A stretch of 64,000 bases of DNA from a virus. Lineage: Duplodnaviria; Caudoviricetes. The notes beneath the pieces are model-generated. The model saw nothing but the letters and a program-made list of their open reading frames with translations, was not told the DNA's origin and searched no databases. This document shows, piece by piece, positions 37,186-46,411 of this stretch. The translations under genes were made by a program, and so were the position numbers. Location of the stretch: the IMG/VR virus record IMGVR_UViG_3300040811_001959; one strand, 5' to 3'. The stretch's first letter is position 1, and each line of letters begins with the position of its first letter.

Positions 37186-38454
37186 ATGTGTGGATTTTAT
37201 TTTACGAATATAAAACCTAAAAATTTTTATTTTTTAGATGTTATATCAAGAGGTTTAGATTATTGTGTTTTTGACTCCAATGATTATTTTGCTATACAAA
37301 GCGTGTTGCCTTGTGTTAATACAATAGATTTTACAATTTATGAAAGTAAAGAATATTTGTTTTTATATACAGGAGAAATTTACAATTATGATAGGAATTT
37401 TAATTCAGACACAGAAATGTTTTTTTATGATTTAATCCATAATAGAAATATTTCTAATTATAATGGTATGTATGCTTATGTGTTATACAATAAAAAAACA
37501 AAAAATATAAAATATGGCAGAGATAAAACAGGACAAATTCCCTTATTTGTTTATAATAAAGCAGGACAAATTATTATATCTAACACAATTAAAAGTATTG
37601 TTAAATCAATATCTCCAAGTTTGAATACAAATAGTTTGTTATTATGGAAAAAATCTAAACATTATATATTTAATGAGACACCTTGGCAAGATATATATCT
37701 AGTTCCTCCGTCAAGTACTGAAAGACTTGTTAACTCTAAAAAGACAATCAAAGAAACATTTCAAGAATTACAATTAGATTATGTATCAAAATTATCTGCT
37801 GCATCTATAAATAGTGGCGGTGTAGATAGTGGTATTGTTAGTAAATGGTTTGGACAATTTGAAGTTGCAATCAATCATGTTGGCAAAGACTTTGTAAGTA
37901 ATAAATTATCTTTTGCATTTGATGTAGAAGAAGACGAATGGATAGATTATGTAAATAATTTTATTCAAGATGTGTATCTTTTTCCTTACACGTGGAGTTG
38001 GGTAGGTTATTATATTTTAGGTAAAAAATTGCAAAAAAAAATTAATATTTTATACACTGGCGAAGGAGCAGATGAAATATTTGGCGGTTATCCAGGATAT
38101 GCAAAAGGTGAGAGAACTCCTTACTCTGATTATTTTCCGATTTATGGGAAAAATTTTTTAGTAGAAAATAAGTTAAGTGATCAAAAATATTTTATACCAA
38201 TTGCTACTATGGGAGCAAACTTAGCATTGGGTAATTTTTGTATAGAGGCAAGATCTCCATTCCTAGACAGACGTTTTTTGAATAATAAAAATTATTACAA
38301 AGAAAATGATAAGAAAATTTTGAAAGAATATTACAAAGAATTGTATAAAAAAGATTATTCAGCGAAGCAAGGATTTGCTGGATTTCCAGATGAGTATGGA
38401 AAAAATACAAGTTGGAAAGATGCATGTTTTGAACAGTTAAAAACACTTATTTAA
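37186..38454 (+). CDS. Asparagine synthetase B-like amidotransferase/amide ligase
   Basis: N-terminal MCG, GEIYN, RDKTGQIPLF, PP-loop SGGVDSG, TGEGADEIFGGY, EARSPFLD. Confidence 0.82.
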   Translation: MCGFYFTNIKPKNFYFLDVISRGLDYCVFDSNDYFAIQSVLPCVNTIDFTIYESKEYLFLYTGEIYNYDRNFNSDTEMFFYDLIHNRNISNYNGMYAYVLYNKKTKNIKYGRDKTGQIPLFVYNKAGQIIISNTIKSIVKSISPSLNTNSLLLWKKSKHYIFNETPWQDIYLVPPSSTERLVNSKKTIKETFQELQLDYVSKLSAASINSGGVDSGIVSKWFGQFEVAINHVGKDFVSNKLSFAFDVEEDEWIDYVNNFIQDVYLFPYTWSWVGYYILGKKLQKKINILYTGEGADEIFGGYPGYAKGERTPYSDYFPIYGKNFLVENKLSDQKYFIPIATMGANLALGNFCIEARSPFLDRRFLNNKNYYKENDKKILKEYYKELYKKDYSAKQGFAGFPDEYGKNTSWKDACFEQLKTLI

Positions 38455-38472
38455 TAATTAGGAATATCAATT

Positions 38473-39144
38473 ATGTCAAAAGGTAAAGTTACAGCATTTA
38501 TTCCTTGTAGAAAAGGAAGTACACGGTTAGGATTTGATAAACAATTAAGTTTATTTGCAAATACTACAACATTACTAGATATAAAAGTACAGCAACTTTT
38601 AGAAGCAAAAAAAATAGATAATGTTGTGCTTTCTACTGACGATGAAAAAATTTTTGAAAAGTTTAATAATATTGATAGAGTTTCTGTTTTTGAAAGAGAT
38701 AAAAAATTTTTAGAACTAACAGATGCAAATCATTTTGCAGATATAGCAGTTTCGCATATAAACGAAGGAAATATTTTAATAACTCATTGTACAGTACCTT
38801 TTTTTTCTAGATATGACGATGTAATTACATTTTTTAATGAAAACAATTTAGAATGTGTTATAACTGGTCGTAAAGTTGGCCATATGGTAGTAGAAAATAA
38901 TAAGATAGTAAATTGGGATATACAAAACAAAGGAGTTTGGCCACAAACTCAAAAATTACCGAATTGGTTTGAATTTTGTACTGCTGTAGAACCTCTTATG
39001 AGTTTTGATTTAATGAATAATTTAAGAAGTAGATTAAGTAATAAAATAAGTATTTTTGAAGTAAATGATTTAGAAGCATTTGATATAGATTATTTAGAAC
39101 AATGGCGTATTGCAGAAGAGATATGGAAAGCAAAGCAGAAATAA
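38473..39144 (+). CDS. Cytidylyltransferase, NeuA/KdsB (CMP-nonulosonate/Kdo synthetase) family
   Basis: AFIPCRKGSTRL..KQ, VVLSTDD, ITHCTVPF, FDIDYLEQWRIAE. Confidence 0.82.
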   Translation: MSKGKVTAFIPCRKGSTRLGFDKQLSLFANTTTLLDIKVQQLLEAKKIDNVVLSTDDEKIFEKFNNIDRVSVFERDKKFLELTDANHFADIAVSHINEGNILITHCTVPFFSRYDDVITFFNENNLECVITGRKVGHMVVENNKIVNWDIQNKGVWPQTQKLPNWFEFCTAVEPLMSFDLMNNLRSRLSNKISIFEVNDLEAFDIDYLEQWRIAEEIWKAKQK

Positions 39145-39911
39145 ATTTTTTTAATAAAATTTTTAAAATAGGGTTTACTGATCCTTCTTTTAAAAAAGTA
39201 AGTTTTGATTATGCTGATTGGTGTACTTGGTTAGATAAACACGATGTTTACTTAGCTAAAATTATGCCAAATACTATAGATTCTATGCATGATTATTTTT
39301 ATAAAAATAAATATTATCCAAAAAATTTTTACAATAATGATTTTACTTTTTTTAATAGCTTACGCACAGAAGACGCACAAGATAAAATAAATAAAGTAAT
39401 AATTAATGCAATTAGTTTGCGATTGCAACCTGTTTTCAGTCCGCCTATAGTACATTATCATTTAAATTGGTTGCATCCAGGTAAAACGCTGGTAAGGGCT
39501 GCGGGTTTAATTAATAGGGCATGCCCTTGTTTGTTTATTGTAGAAAAAGGTGTTATAGTAAAAAATAAATCTTTCATACTTAAAAAACAATTACATAATT
39601 TAGAAGAAATTTTATCTTTATATAATGGAAATGAAACATTAGGATCTTTTTTTCAAAAAAATAATAAGGTAATTTTACAATTGCAATCTTTTACAGGGCA
39701 TTATGATAAAAAAGATAAAAATAATTGGATTGAATATCCTAAAAATTTAAATTGGAATGCATATTGGGATTATCTTGAAAAGTTAACAAAAAATTATAAT
39801 ACAGATCAAATTATTAAATTTATTCATAAAGTTTCAAATAGGACTGTAGTGTTGCATAATTACCCTAAAGTATTTCCTAAGGCTTTTATTTTTAATAATT
39901 TTTTTGAATAA
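39123..39911 (+). CDS. Hypothetical protein with HPGxT..RA motif (possible ParB/Srx-like fold)
   Basis: FSPPIV...LHPGKTLVRAAGL. Start placed at ATG 39123 (track gives 39102) to reduce overlap with the upstream gene. Confidence 0.5.
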   Translation: MESKAEINFFNKIFKIGFTDPSFKKVSFDYADWCTWLDKHDVYLAKIMPNTIDSMHDYFYKNKYYPKNFYNNDFTFFNSLRTEDAQDKINKVIINAISLRLQPVFSPPIVHYHLNWLHPGKTLVRAAGLINRACPCLFIVEKGVIVKNKSFILKKQLHNLEEILSLYNGNETLGSFFQKNNKVILQLQSFTGHYDKKDKNNWIEYPKNLNWNAYWDYLEKLTKNYNTDQIIKFIHKVSNRTVVLHNYPKVFPKAFIFNNFFE

Positions 39912-39931
39912 TTTGAAAAATTAATATAGGA

Positions 39932-40792
39932 ATGGATATAAAAATTTTAAAAAAAAGATTAAACGAACAATTTTATAAAGAGTATGACAGATATATCTTG
40001 CCTTATTATAAATTAACAGGAATAAAAGAAGATAAACAAAAAAGTTTTCGTGAATACATGCATACTTTTGTTGATAATAAGGTTGATTTAGTTAGATATG
40101 ATAATTTAGATTGGTATCCAGATAATCGTTATGTTCGAACCAGATCGTATTATAATCAGTGGATAAATTTTTTTGCAGCAAATGATTTAAACTTTTTTAA
40201 AGTTTTTAAAGATGAAGCTTGTCATAGGCACGCAAGGCAACATATAGAACTTTCCTGTGACTTATTAACAAATGAACCTACAGTTTTTCCTGTACGTATA
40301 TTACCTGAGAGAGTTCATCCAGGTAATACTTTGATTAGGGCTTGTAAATTTTTGCAAAAGCCTTTGACTGTTTTAAGGGTGAGTTCTAAAGAATTTGTTG
40401 ATAATGGAATAATAATTAAAGAATGTAAGTCTTTAGATGATATACAGCAATGTTATGGCGATAAAAAAATCTTTGCTTGGTTTTATAACAAACAAAAAAC
40501 GTATGGTTTACAAGTAGTGGTATTTCATTCAAATTGGACACAATTTGATGAAAATGGAAATTTAAGATGGAGAAGTGATTTTAAATTAGATGGAAAATCA
40601 ATATATCCTTTGCACAAATTTTTAGATTATTTAATTGATCAAACAAATTCTTTAAAAAAATGCCAAAAAATACAGTTTACTTACAGTGGTAAAAATTATA
40701 CGTTAAACAATCCTATTAATAAACAATTGTCTAGAAAGATTTTTTTAGATGCTATTAAATGGGGAAATCAAAATTTAACATCAAATTGGTAA
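39932..40792 (+). CDS. Hypothetical protein with HPGxT..RA motif, paralog of the upstream gene
   Basis: VFPVRI...VHPGNTLIRACKFL; downstream segments LDDIQQCY vs LEEILSLY and LQVVVFH vs LQLQSFT also align. Confidence 0.55.
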   Translation: MDIKILKKRLNEQFYKEYDRYILPYYKLTGIKEDKQKSFREYMHTFVDNKVDLVRYDNLDWYPDNRYVRTRSYYNQWINFFAANDLNFFKVFKDEACHRHARQHIELSCDLLTNEPTVFPVRILPERVHPGNTLIRACKFLQKPLTVLRVSSKEFVDNGIIIKECKSLDDIQQCYGDKKIFAWFYNKQKTYGLQVVVFHSNWTQFDENGNLRWRSDFKLDGKSIYPLHKFLDYLIDQTNSLKKCQKIQFTYSGKNYTLNNPINKQLSRKIFLDAIKWGNQNLTSNW

Positions 40793-40839
40793 CTTAACTT
40801 TTTATATTATCACAAATTAATTAACAAATTGTATTATAT

Positions 40840-40847
40840 AATAAGTA
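40840..40847 (+). promoter_or_regulatory. Late-promoter-like motif AATAAGTA, 4 nt before ATG, with no Shine-Dalgarno
   Basis: Sits in the largest gap of the island (59 nt): ...tatAATAAGTAcagtATG. 6/8 match to TATAAATA. Confidence 0.35.
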
Positions 40848-40851
40848 CAGT

Positions 40852-42243
40852 ATGGCAAAAGTATCTAATACATTTTGTATCCTTCCATGGGTACATTTAA
40901 GCACAAGACCAGACGGCTCTATGAGAGTTTGTTGCACAGCAAATGCAAGTTCAGTTGGACCTACTAATGATAAAGAATATGGAGGACAAATTGGTATTTT
41001 AAAAACTGAAGATGGCAAACCTAATAATTTAAATGTAAGTGATTTTGTAAGCAGCTGGAACAGTACATATATGAAAAATGTACGAAAACAAATGTTAAAT
41101 GGAGAAATACCACCTAGTTGTATAAAATGCTTCAAGGAAGAAGAAGCAGGACATAATAGCAAAAGAATGTGGGAAACACGGTATTGGAGCGAAAGAGTAA
41201 ATGTTGATAAATTAATTGCAGATACAAATGCGGACGGAAGTGTTCCTCCACAACTTACATATATTGATTTGAGATTTGGAACTAAATGTCAACTTGCTTG
41301 TGTGATGTGTTCACCACATGATAGTTCTGGTTGGATAAATGATTGGCAAGCAATATATCCGCAAATAGAAAATGTTTCTTTAAAAGAAACTATGCAATGG
41401 AAAGACAAAGGTAGTTATAATGGTAGTAGTTATAACTGGCATAAAAATAATCCAATATTTTGGGATCAGTTCTATGAACAAATTCCTAATATGCAACAAA
41501 TATATTTTGCAGGAGGCGAGAGTTTAATCATTGAAGAACATTATGATATATTAGAACAGTGTATAAAACAGGGTTATGCAAAAGATTTAGAATTACGTTA
41601 TAATTCAAATGGGGTCGAATGGAGAGATGATTTATTTGATCTATGGAAAGAATTTAAATTAGTAAGATTTCATTATAGTGTTGATAGCATTAAAGAAATG
41701 AATGACTATATTAGATATCCTAGTCAATGGAATAGAACTGAAGAAGTATTTCATTTGTTAGATACTGAGACTAGCAATAATGTAGAAGTTACAATAGCTT
41801 GTGCGGTCCAAGCTTTAAATATATTTTATATACCTGATTTTATAAAATGGAAACTACAGCAAAAATTTAACAAAGTAAATATGTGGCCTTTTGGTGCAGG
41901 TGGTGTAAATTATCATTTTGTTTATCATCCTCCGCATCTAAACGTTAAAATATTGCCAAAATGGTTTAAAGAAAAATGTCGTAAAAAGTATGAAGAGTTT
42001 TATCCCTGGTGGGAAGAGAACTGGGAATTAGGAATTCCTGCTTGGTATAAAGGAAAAGTTCAATATGCTGATTGGCGTAATGCCGGTTACGGAATTAGTA
42101 GATTAGAAGGAATGCTTCAATTTATGGAGTCGGAAGATTGGAGTTTAAGATTGCCAGAAACACGAGAATTTTTACAAAAGTGTAATAAACAAAGGAATTT
42201 AGATTTTAATACAATCTTTCCAGACATGGATAAGGTGTTTTAA
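40852..42243 (+). CDS. Radical SAM protein with N-terminal twitch domain
   Basis: FCILPWVHL..RPDGSMRVCC...CIKCF (twitch), DLRFGTKCQLACVMC, YFAGGES, YSVDS. Confidence 0.88.
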   Translation: MAKVSNTFCILPWVHLSTRPDGSMRVCCTANASSVGPTNDKEYGGQIGILKTEDGKPNNLNVSDFVSSWNSTYMKNVRKQMLNGEIPPSCIKCFKEEEAGHNSKRMWETRYWSERVNVDKLIADTNADGSVPPQLTYIDLRFGTKCQLACVMCSPHDSSGWINDWQAIYPQIENVSLKETMQWKDKGSYNGSSYNWHKNNPIFWDQFYEQIPNMQQIYFAGGESLIIEEHYDILEQCIKQGYAKDLELRYNSNGVEWRDDLFDLWKEFKLVRFHYSVDSIKEMNDYIRYPSQWNRTEEVFHLLDTETSNNVEVTIACAVQALNIFYIPDFIKWKLQQKFNKVNMWPFGAGGVNYHFVYHPPHLNVKILPKWFKEKCRKKYEEFYPWWEENWELGIPAWYKGKVQYADWRNAGYGISRLEGMLQFMESEDWSLRLPETREFLQKCNKQRNLDFNTIFPDMDKVF

Positions 42244-42265
42244 AAAATTAAAGATTAAGGAAAAA

Positions 42266-43078
42266 ATGTTTATTTTTCGTAAAAAGGATAAAAATGTCCC
42301 AGATAAAAATGTCTCAGATATAAAGTATCTAGATAAAAAAATTAGGATATATGGATGTAGTTTTACTTATGGAGTATGGCAAAAATATACAAAAGATGGA
42401 GCCCCACTATCACCACACACTGAGTCTTGGACAGGTTTTTTTGCAAAATTACTTCCTGAATACCAAATTATAAATTATGCTACACCGGGTTGCAGTGTAA
42501 AATGGGTGACTTATTTGTTTAATAAATTTAAAAAAAAATATCCAAATGATATACACATTACTCAAATACCACTTTTAGGAAGGCATAATTGGTGGGAAGA
42601 TGATTTATCTATTGAAGATATATACACGCCTTACAAGTATGAAGATATACCAAATTTAACAAAACATCGGCGAAATCACCGATATAGTCACCAACTATCT
42701 CCTTCAATACTTGAAAATTCTCAGCATTTTATACGCCCGTTTCGTATATGGACTAAACAAGAAATATCACGCTGGGGCAAAATGTATTTTGGTGGATTGG
42801 TTAATTTGGATCTTGAATTTATGGTTTGGTCATATTTTTTATATGATCATGCTGATTTTGCTTTTCATCAAAAAGGCCTCCAAGATTTTCCTGGCATGCT
42901 GAAAAGCGATAGTGATTATAAAAAACAAAATTTTATTTCTTTTTGGAATGCAATTGAACAAGAGCCAAGCTTAACAACTTACCTAGATTATATAGTAGAC
43001 GATGGACATCATTTAAATCCAGTAGCATTAGAATTTCAAGCTAATTGGGTATATCAAAATATAAAAAATTTATTATAA
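42266..43078 (+). CDS. SGNH/GDSL-fold hydrolase/acyltransferase-like protein
   Basis: Block I IYGCSFTYG, block II NYATPGCS, block V DDGHHLNP. Confidence 0.65.
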   Translation: MFIFRKKDKNVPDKNVSDIKYLDKKIRIYGCSFTYGVWQKYTKDGAPLSPHTESWTGFFAKLLPEYQIINYATPGCSVKWVTYLFNKFKKKYPNDIHITQIPLLGRHNWWEDDLSIEDIYTPYKYEDIPNLTKHRRNHRYSHQLSPSILENSQHFIRPFRIWTKQEISRWGKMYFGGLVNLDLEFMVWSYFLYDHADFAFHQKGLQDFPGMLKSDSDYKKQNFISFWNAIEQEPSLTTYLDYIVDDGHHLNPVALEFQANWVYQNIKNLL

Positions 43079-43080
43079 TT

Positions 43081-43986
43081 ATGGAAAGAGAAAAGCGAAG
43101 ATATCCTTTTGTACGGATAAACAATGAAGAAGAAATTGCGAATCATAAACATTATTTTTTAGATTACGAGCATCATCTAGTAGATTTAAAAAATATTAAT
43201 GTAATTCATGATATAGCATCTAAGTTACAGCCTGTTCGCACAGAAGAGGATGTGTTTACTAAGGAAGAACTAGATTGGATTTATGGTTTTGCATTTAGTA
43301 GGTGTAACACTGTAAGGAATAATGATAATGGAACAATTTTTGTAAGTGGCAATTTACAAGGAGTTTATGAAAAATTTAAAGATAAAATTAATTACCTAAT
43401 TCCAGGAGCAGATAAATCTCCAGTAGTAGGAGGAAATTATTTTATTACTCCTACTCAGTATGGGTTGCATAATGACAGTACAAGAGAAAATGACTGGAAA
43501 GATAGTTTAAAATTTATGGCAATAGATGGTAATATTAGGAAATATGTACCATGGAGAAATATAATTATTCCAATTTTTACAGGACCAGCTGATATCGAAT
43601 CGCATGCTATATTTTTTAAACAAAGGCACATTGATTATGCTCATGTATATCATCATGGCGTGAATCCTAACAAGAAAATTGCAACAACGTATCCAATTGT
43701 AAAAGATTATAGCACAATTAAGTTCCATTTATTAGGAAATCTTATACAAGAAGGAGAAAAAAATCTTGTTCCTTACGATAAAGAACATCATGAAAAATAT
43801 TTATATTATACTCCCTATAAAAGATTAACAGGACTCGAAGTAGAATCAACAGTAATGTGGAAACCTGGTTGCCCTATTGTTTTTGATGCTTTTCAACTAC
43901 ACGCAACTAATAAAGGATTTGAAAATAAAATGTGGGATTTAAAAATGGGGTTACTATTAACATTTTTACGTAAAGTTGATATATAG
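43081..43986 (+). CDS. Fe(II)/2OG dioxygenase-like (DSBH) protein
   Basis: YGLHNDS (HxD) and distal FDAFQLHAT. ATG 43081 follows the upstream stop at 43078 (track start 43045 overlaps). Confidence 0.6.
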   Translation: MEREKRRYPFVRINNEEEIANHKHYFLDYEHHLVDLKNINVIHDIASKLQPVRTEEDVFTKEELDWIYGFAFSRCNTVRNNDNGTIFVSGNLQGVYEKFKDKINYLIPGADKSPVVGGNYFITPTQYGLHNDSTRENDWKDSLKFMAIDGNIRKYVPWRNIIIPIFTGPADIESHAIFFKQRHIDYAHVYHHGVNPNKKIATTYPIVKDYSTIKFHLLGNLIQEGEKNLVPYDKEHHEKYLYYTPYKRLTGLEVESTVMWKPGCPIVFDAFQLHATNKGFENKMWDLKMGLLLTFLRKVDI

Positions 43987-43990
43987 TCAA

Positions 43991-46411
43991 ATGAATAATA
44001 TTAATGAAAAAATAATTTGTCCTGCAGTATGGGATCATTTATGTGTTAATACAAATGGCCATAACAGATTATGTTGTAATTCTAAAACTAGAGATTCCGA
44101 TACATTTTTGTACAATCTTGATAATCATTGGAACAAATATAGACTTGATATTAAACAGCAAATGTTAGCAGGTATTAAACCAAAAGAATGCAATTCTTGT
44201 TGGGATAAAGAGAAGAATAATATTACTAGTTTAAGAGAAACATTAGTAGAAAGATATAAGTTTTATAATTGGTGGGATGATTTTGTAAACTCTATTAACA
44301 TTCATAAAAAGTATCCTACAGAATGGGATTTAAAATTAGGAAATTTTTGTAATCTTAGTTGTAGAATGTGTAACAGTTATAGCAGCAGTAAATATGCAAC
44401 TGAATTAAAAAAAATATACAAAGAAACTGGATATGATTATGGTATAGATCCAAATGAAAGATATTTTGAACAATTAGAATGGTATAATTCAGATCTTTTT
44501 TATGACATTTTTAAAAAATCAGTAGATAATGGTTTAAAAGCCATTAAATTTACAGGAGGAGAACCATTGATGGTGCCTAATGTAAAAAAAATGATAGATT
44601 ATTGCATTAAAACCAATGTAGCTAAAAATGTAGAATTAAAAATTATTACCAATGCTACGCTTTTAGATGATGAATGGGTTGATAAATTTAAGAATTTTAA
44701 AGATGTGATTTTAAATTGTTCAGTTGATGGAGTTGGTGATATTTTTGAGTATATAAGACATCCTGCAAGTTGGGATACAGTTTATAAAAATTTGAATAAT
44801 CTTAAAGAAATAAAAACAAAAAATATAGTTTTTACAATTTCTTTCACTATGCAAATTTATAATATATTGCAATTACAAAAAATGATTATGTTAAGGAGAG
44901 AATTAAATGCACAAACTGTAAATGTAATACCTTTATCTGAGCCAAATTATTTTGATGCAAAAAATGCTCCGTTATTTTTAAAAAAACAAGCTATAGAACA
45001 AATTGATGGTATAGTAACAAAAAATCATTTCGAAGAAAGATTTGTAAACAATGCCAGAAGTAAAATTAACCAACAAGCTGATTCTAATGTTAACCAACTT
45101 TACAGTAAGTTAGTAAGTATTACCGAGCTTAAAGATAAGTATAAAAATCAAGATATATATAGTACTGAATTAGGTGAGGTTTTTTTGAAAATAAAACAAA
45201 TTGCAGAAAATGTAGATACAAATACTAAAAAAATTGGGAAGACATTTTGTGTCTTACCTTGGACTCATATAGCAACAAACTCAAATGGTAATCTTAGAGT
45301 TTGTTGTAATTCTGTATCCGGTAAAAATTTAATAAGGAAACCTAATGACGAGCCTTATAAGATATATAAGAAGGGAGAAGTAGTAGAAGCGTGGAATAGT
45401 GATTACTATAAAAATTTGAGGAAGCAATTTTTAAATGACGAAGTGCCTGACATATGCACAAGATGTTTTGATTTAGAAAAAAATGGCGTAAAAAGTCCAA
45501 GAAATGGATGGAATGAAAATTACTATGACGAAAATGCATTATATGAAGAAAATGCACCATTCAAAATAAAATATGTAGATATAAGATTAGGAAATCTTTG
45601 CAATTTAAAATGTAGGATGTGTAATCCCTATTCTAGTAATCAATGGGTAAAAGAATGGAAATTATTAGAAAAAGATTTTTTAGATACTGAGTTAGATAGA
45701 CTTGAACAATTGAACTGGCCAGAAAAATCTGCATTATGGGATAATTTAAAATTAGTTGCAAACGATGTTGTTATGATTTATCTTACTGGAGGAGAACCTA
45801 CTATAATAAAAGAACAACATAAATTATTAGATTATTTTTTAGATAACAATTTAGCAAAGAATGTTAAATTAAAATATAATACTAATCTAACAAATATTCC
45901 GCATCATTTATTAGATAAATGGAAAAAATTTAAAAATGTTCAAGTAAATTGTTCCATTGATGCTATTGGATCATTGGATAGATACATTAGGTATCCGAGT
46001 GATTGGAATACTATTGCAGAAAATTTTCAAATTGTAAAAAATTTAGAAAATTGCACAATAGAAGTACATTGTACTGTTCAAATGTATAATATTATGAGGC
46101 TATATGAAATTTTGGATTGGACAATGCAACAAAGAACAAAAATATATTTAAATGTGCTTCATCATCCGGATTATTTAAGTGTTAAAGTTTTGCCTAATGA
46201 ATTCAAAAAAATTATTTCAAAAAAATTACAAGAATTTACTTATATCAAAACTGTACCCGGTTTAATAAATTACATAAATTCAGATGATTGGTATAATAGT
46301 TTATTCCAAAAATTTGTCAAAAAAACCAAAATTATAGATTTCGAAAGGAATCAAAATTTTTTAGATCATGTGCCTGAATTTGAACAGTATTTTAAAACAG
46401 AAACTTTATGA
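43991..46411 (+). CDS. Tandem double N-terminal-twitch radical SAM protein (two complete units)
   Basis: Unit 1 CPAVW..NTNGHNRLCC..CNSC..LGNFCNLSCRMC..FTGGEP. Unit 2 FCVLPW..NSNGNLRVCC..CTRC..LGNLCNLKCRMC..LTGGEP. No stop between them. ATG 43991 preferred to TTG 43976. Confidence 0.88.
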   Translation: MNNINEKIICPAVWDHLCVNTNGHNRLCCNSKTRDSDTFLYNLDNHWNKYRLDIKQQMLAGIKPKECNSCWDKEKNNITSLRETLVERYKFYNWWDDFVNSINIHKKYPTEWDLKLGNFCNLSCRMCNSYSSSKYATELKKIYKETGYDYGIDPNERYFEQLEWYNSDLFYDIFKKSVDNGLKAIKFTGGEPLMVPNVKKMIDYCIKTNVAKNVELKIITNATLLDDEWVDKFKNFKDVILNCSVDGVGDIFEYIRHPASWDTVYKNLNNLKEIKTKNIVFTISFTMQIYNILQLQKMIMLRRELNAQTVNVIPLSEPNYFDAKNAPLFLKKQAIEQIDGIVTKNHFEERFVNNARSKINQQADSNVNQLYSKLVSITELKDKYKNQDIYSTELGEVFLKIKQIAENVDTNTKKIGKTFCVLPWTHIATNSNGNLRVCCNSVSGKNLIRKPNDEPYKIYKKGEVVEAWNSDYYKNLRKQFLNDEVPDICTRCFDLEKNGVKSPRNGWNENYYDENALYEENAPFKIKYVDIRLGNLCNLKCRMCNPYSSNQWVKEWKLLEKDFLDTELDRLEQLNWPEKSALWDNLKLVANDVVMIYLTGGEPTIIKEQHKLLDYFLDNNLAKNVKLKYNTNLTNIPHHLLDKWKKFKNVQVNCSIDAIGSLDRYIRYPSDWNTIAENFQIVKNLENCTIEVHCTVQMYNIMRLYEILDWTMQQRTKIYLNVLHHPDYLSVKVLPNEFKKIISKKLQEFTYIKTVPGLINYINSDDWYNSLFQKFVKKTKIIDFERNQNFLDHVPEFEQYFKTETL

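Noticed and set aside
40793-40851. Sigma70 promoter or operator (TATAAT at 40837, TTAACA at 40821, ACAAATT direct repeat)
   Set aside because: The -35/-10 spacing is only 10 nt, and such words are expected by chance in a highly AT-rich gap.
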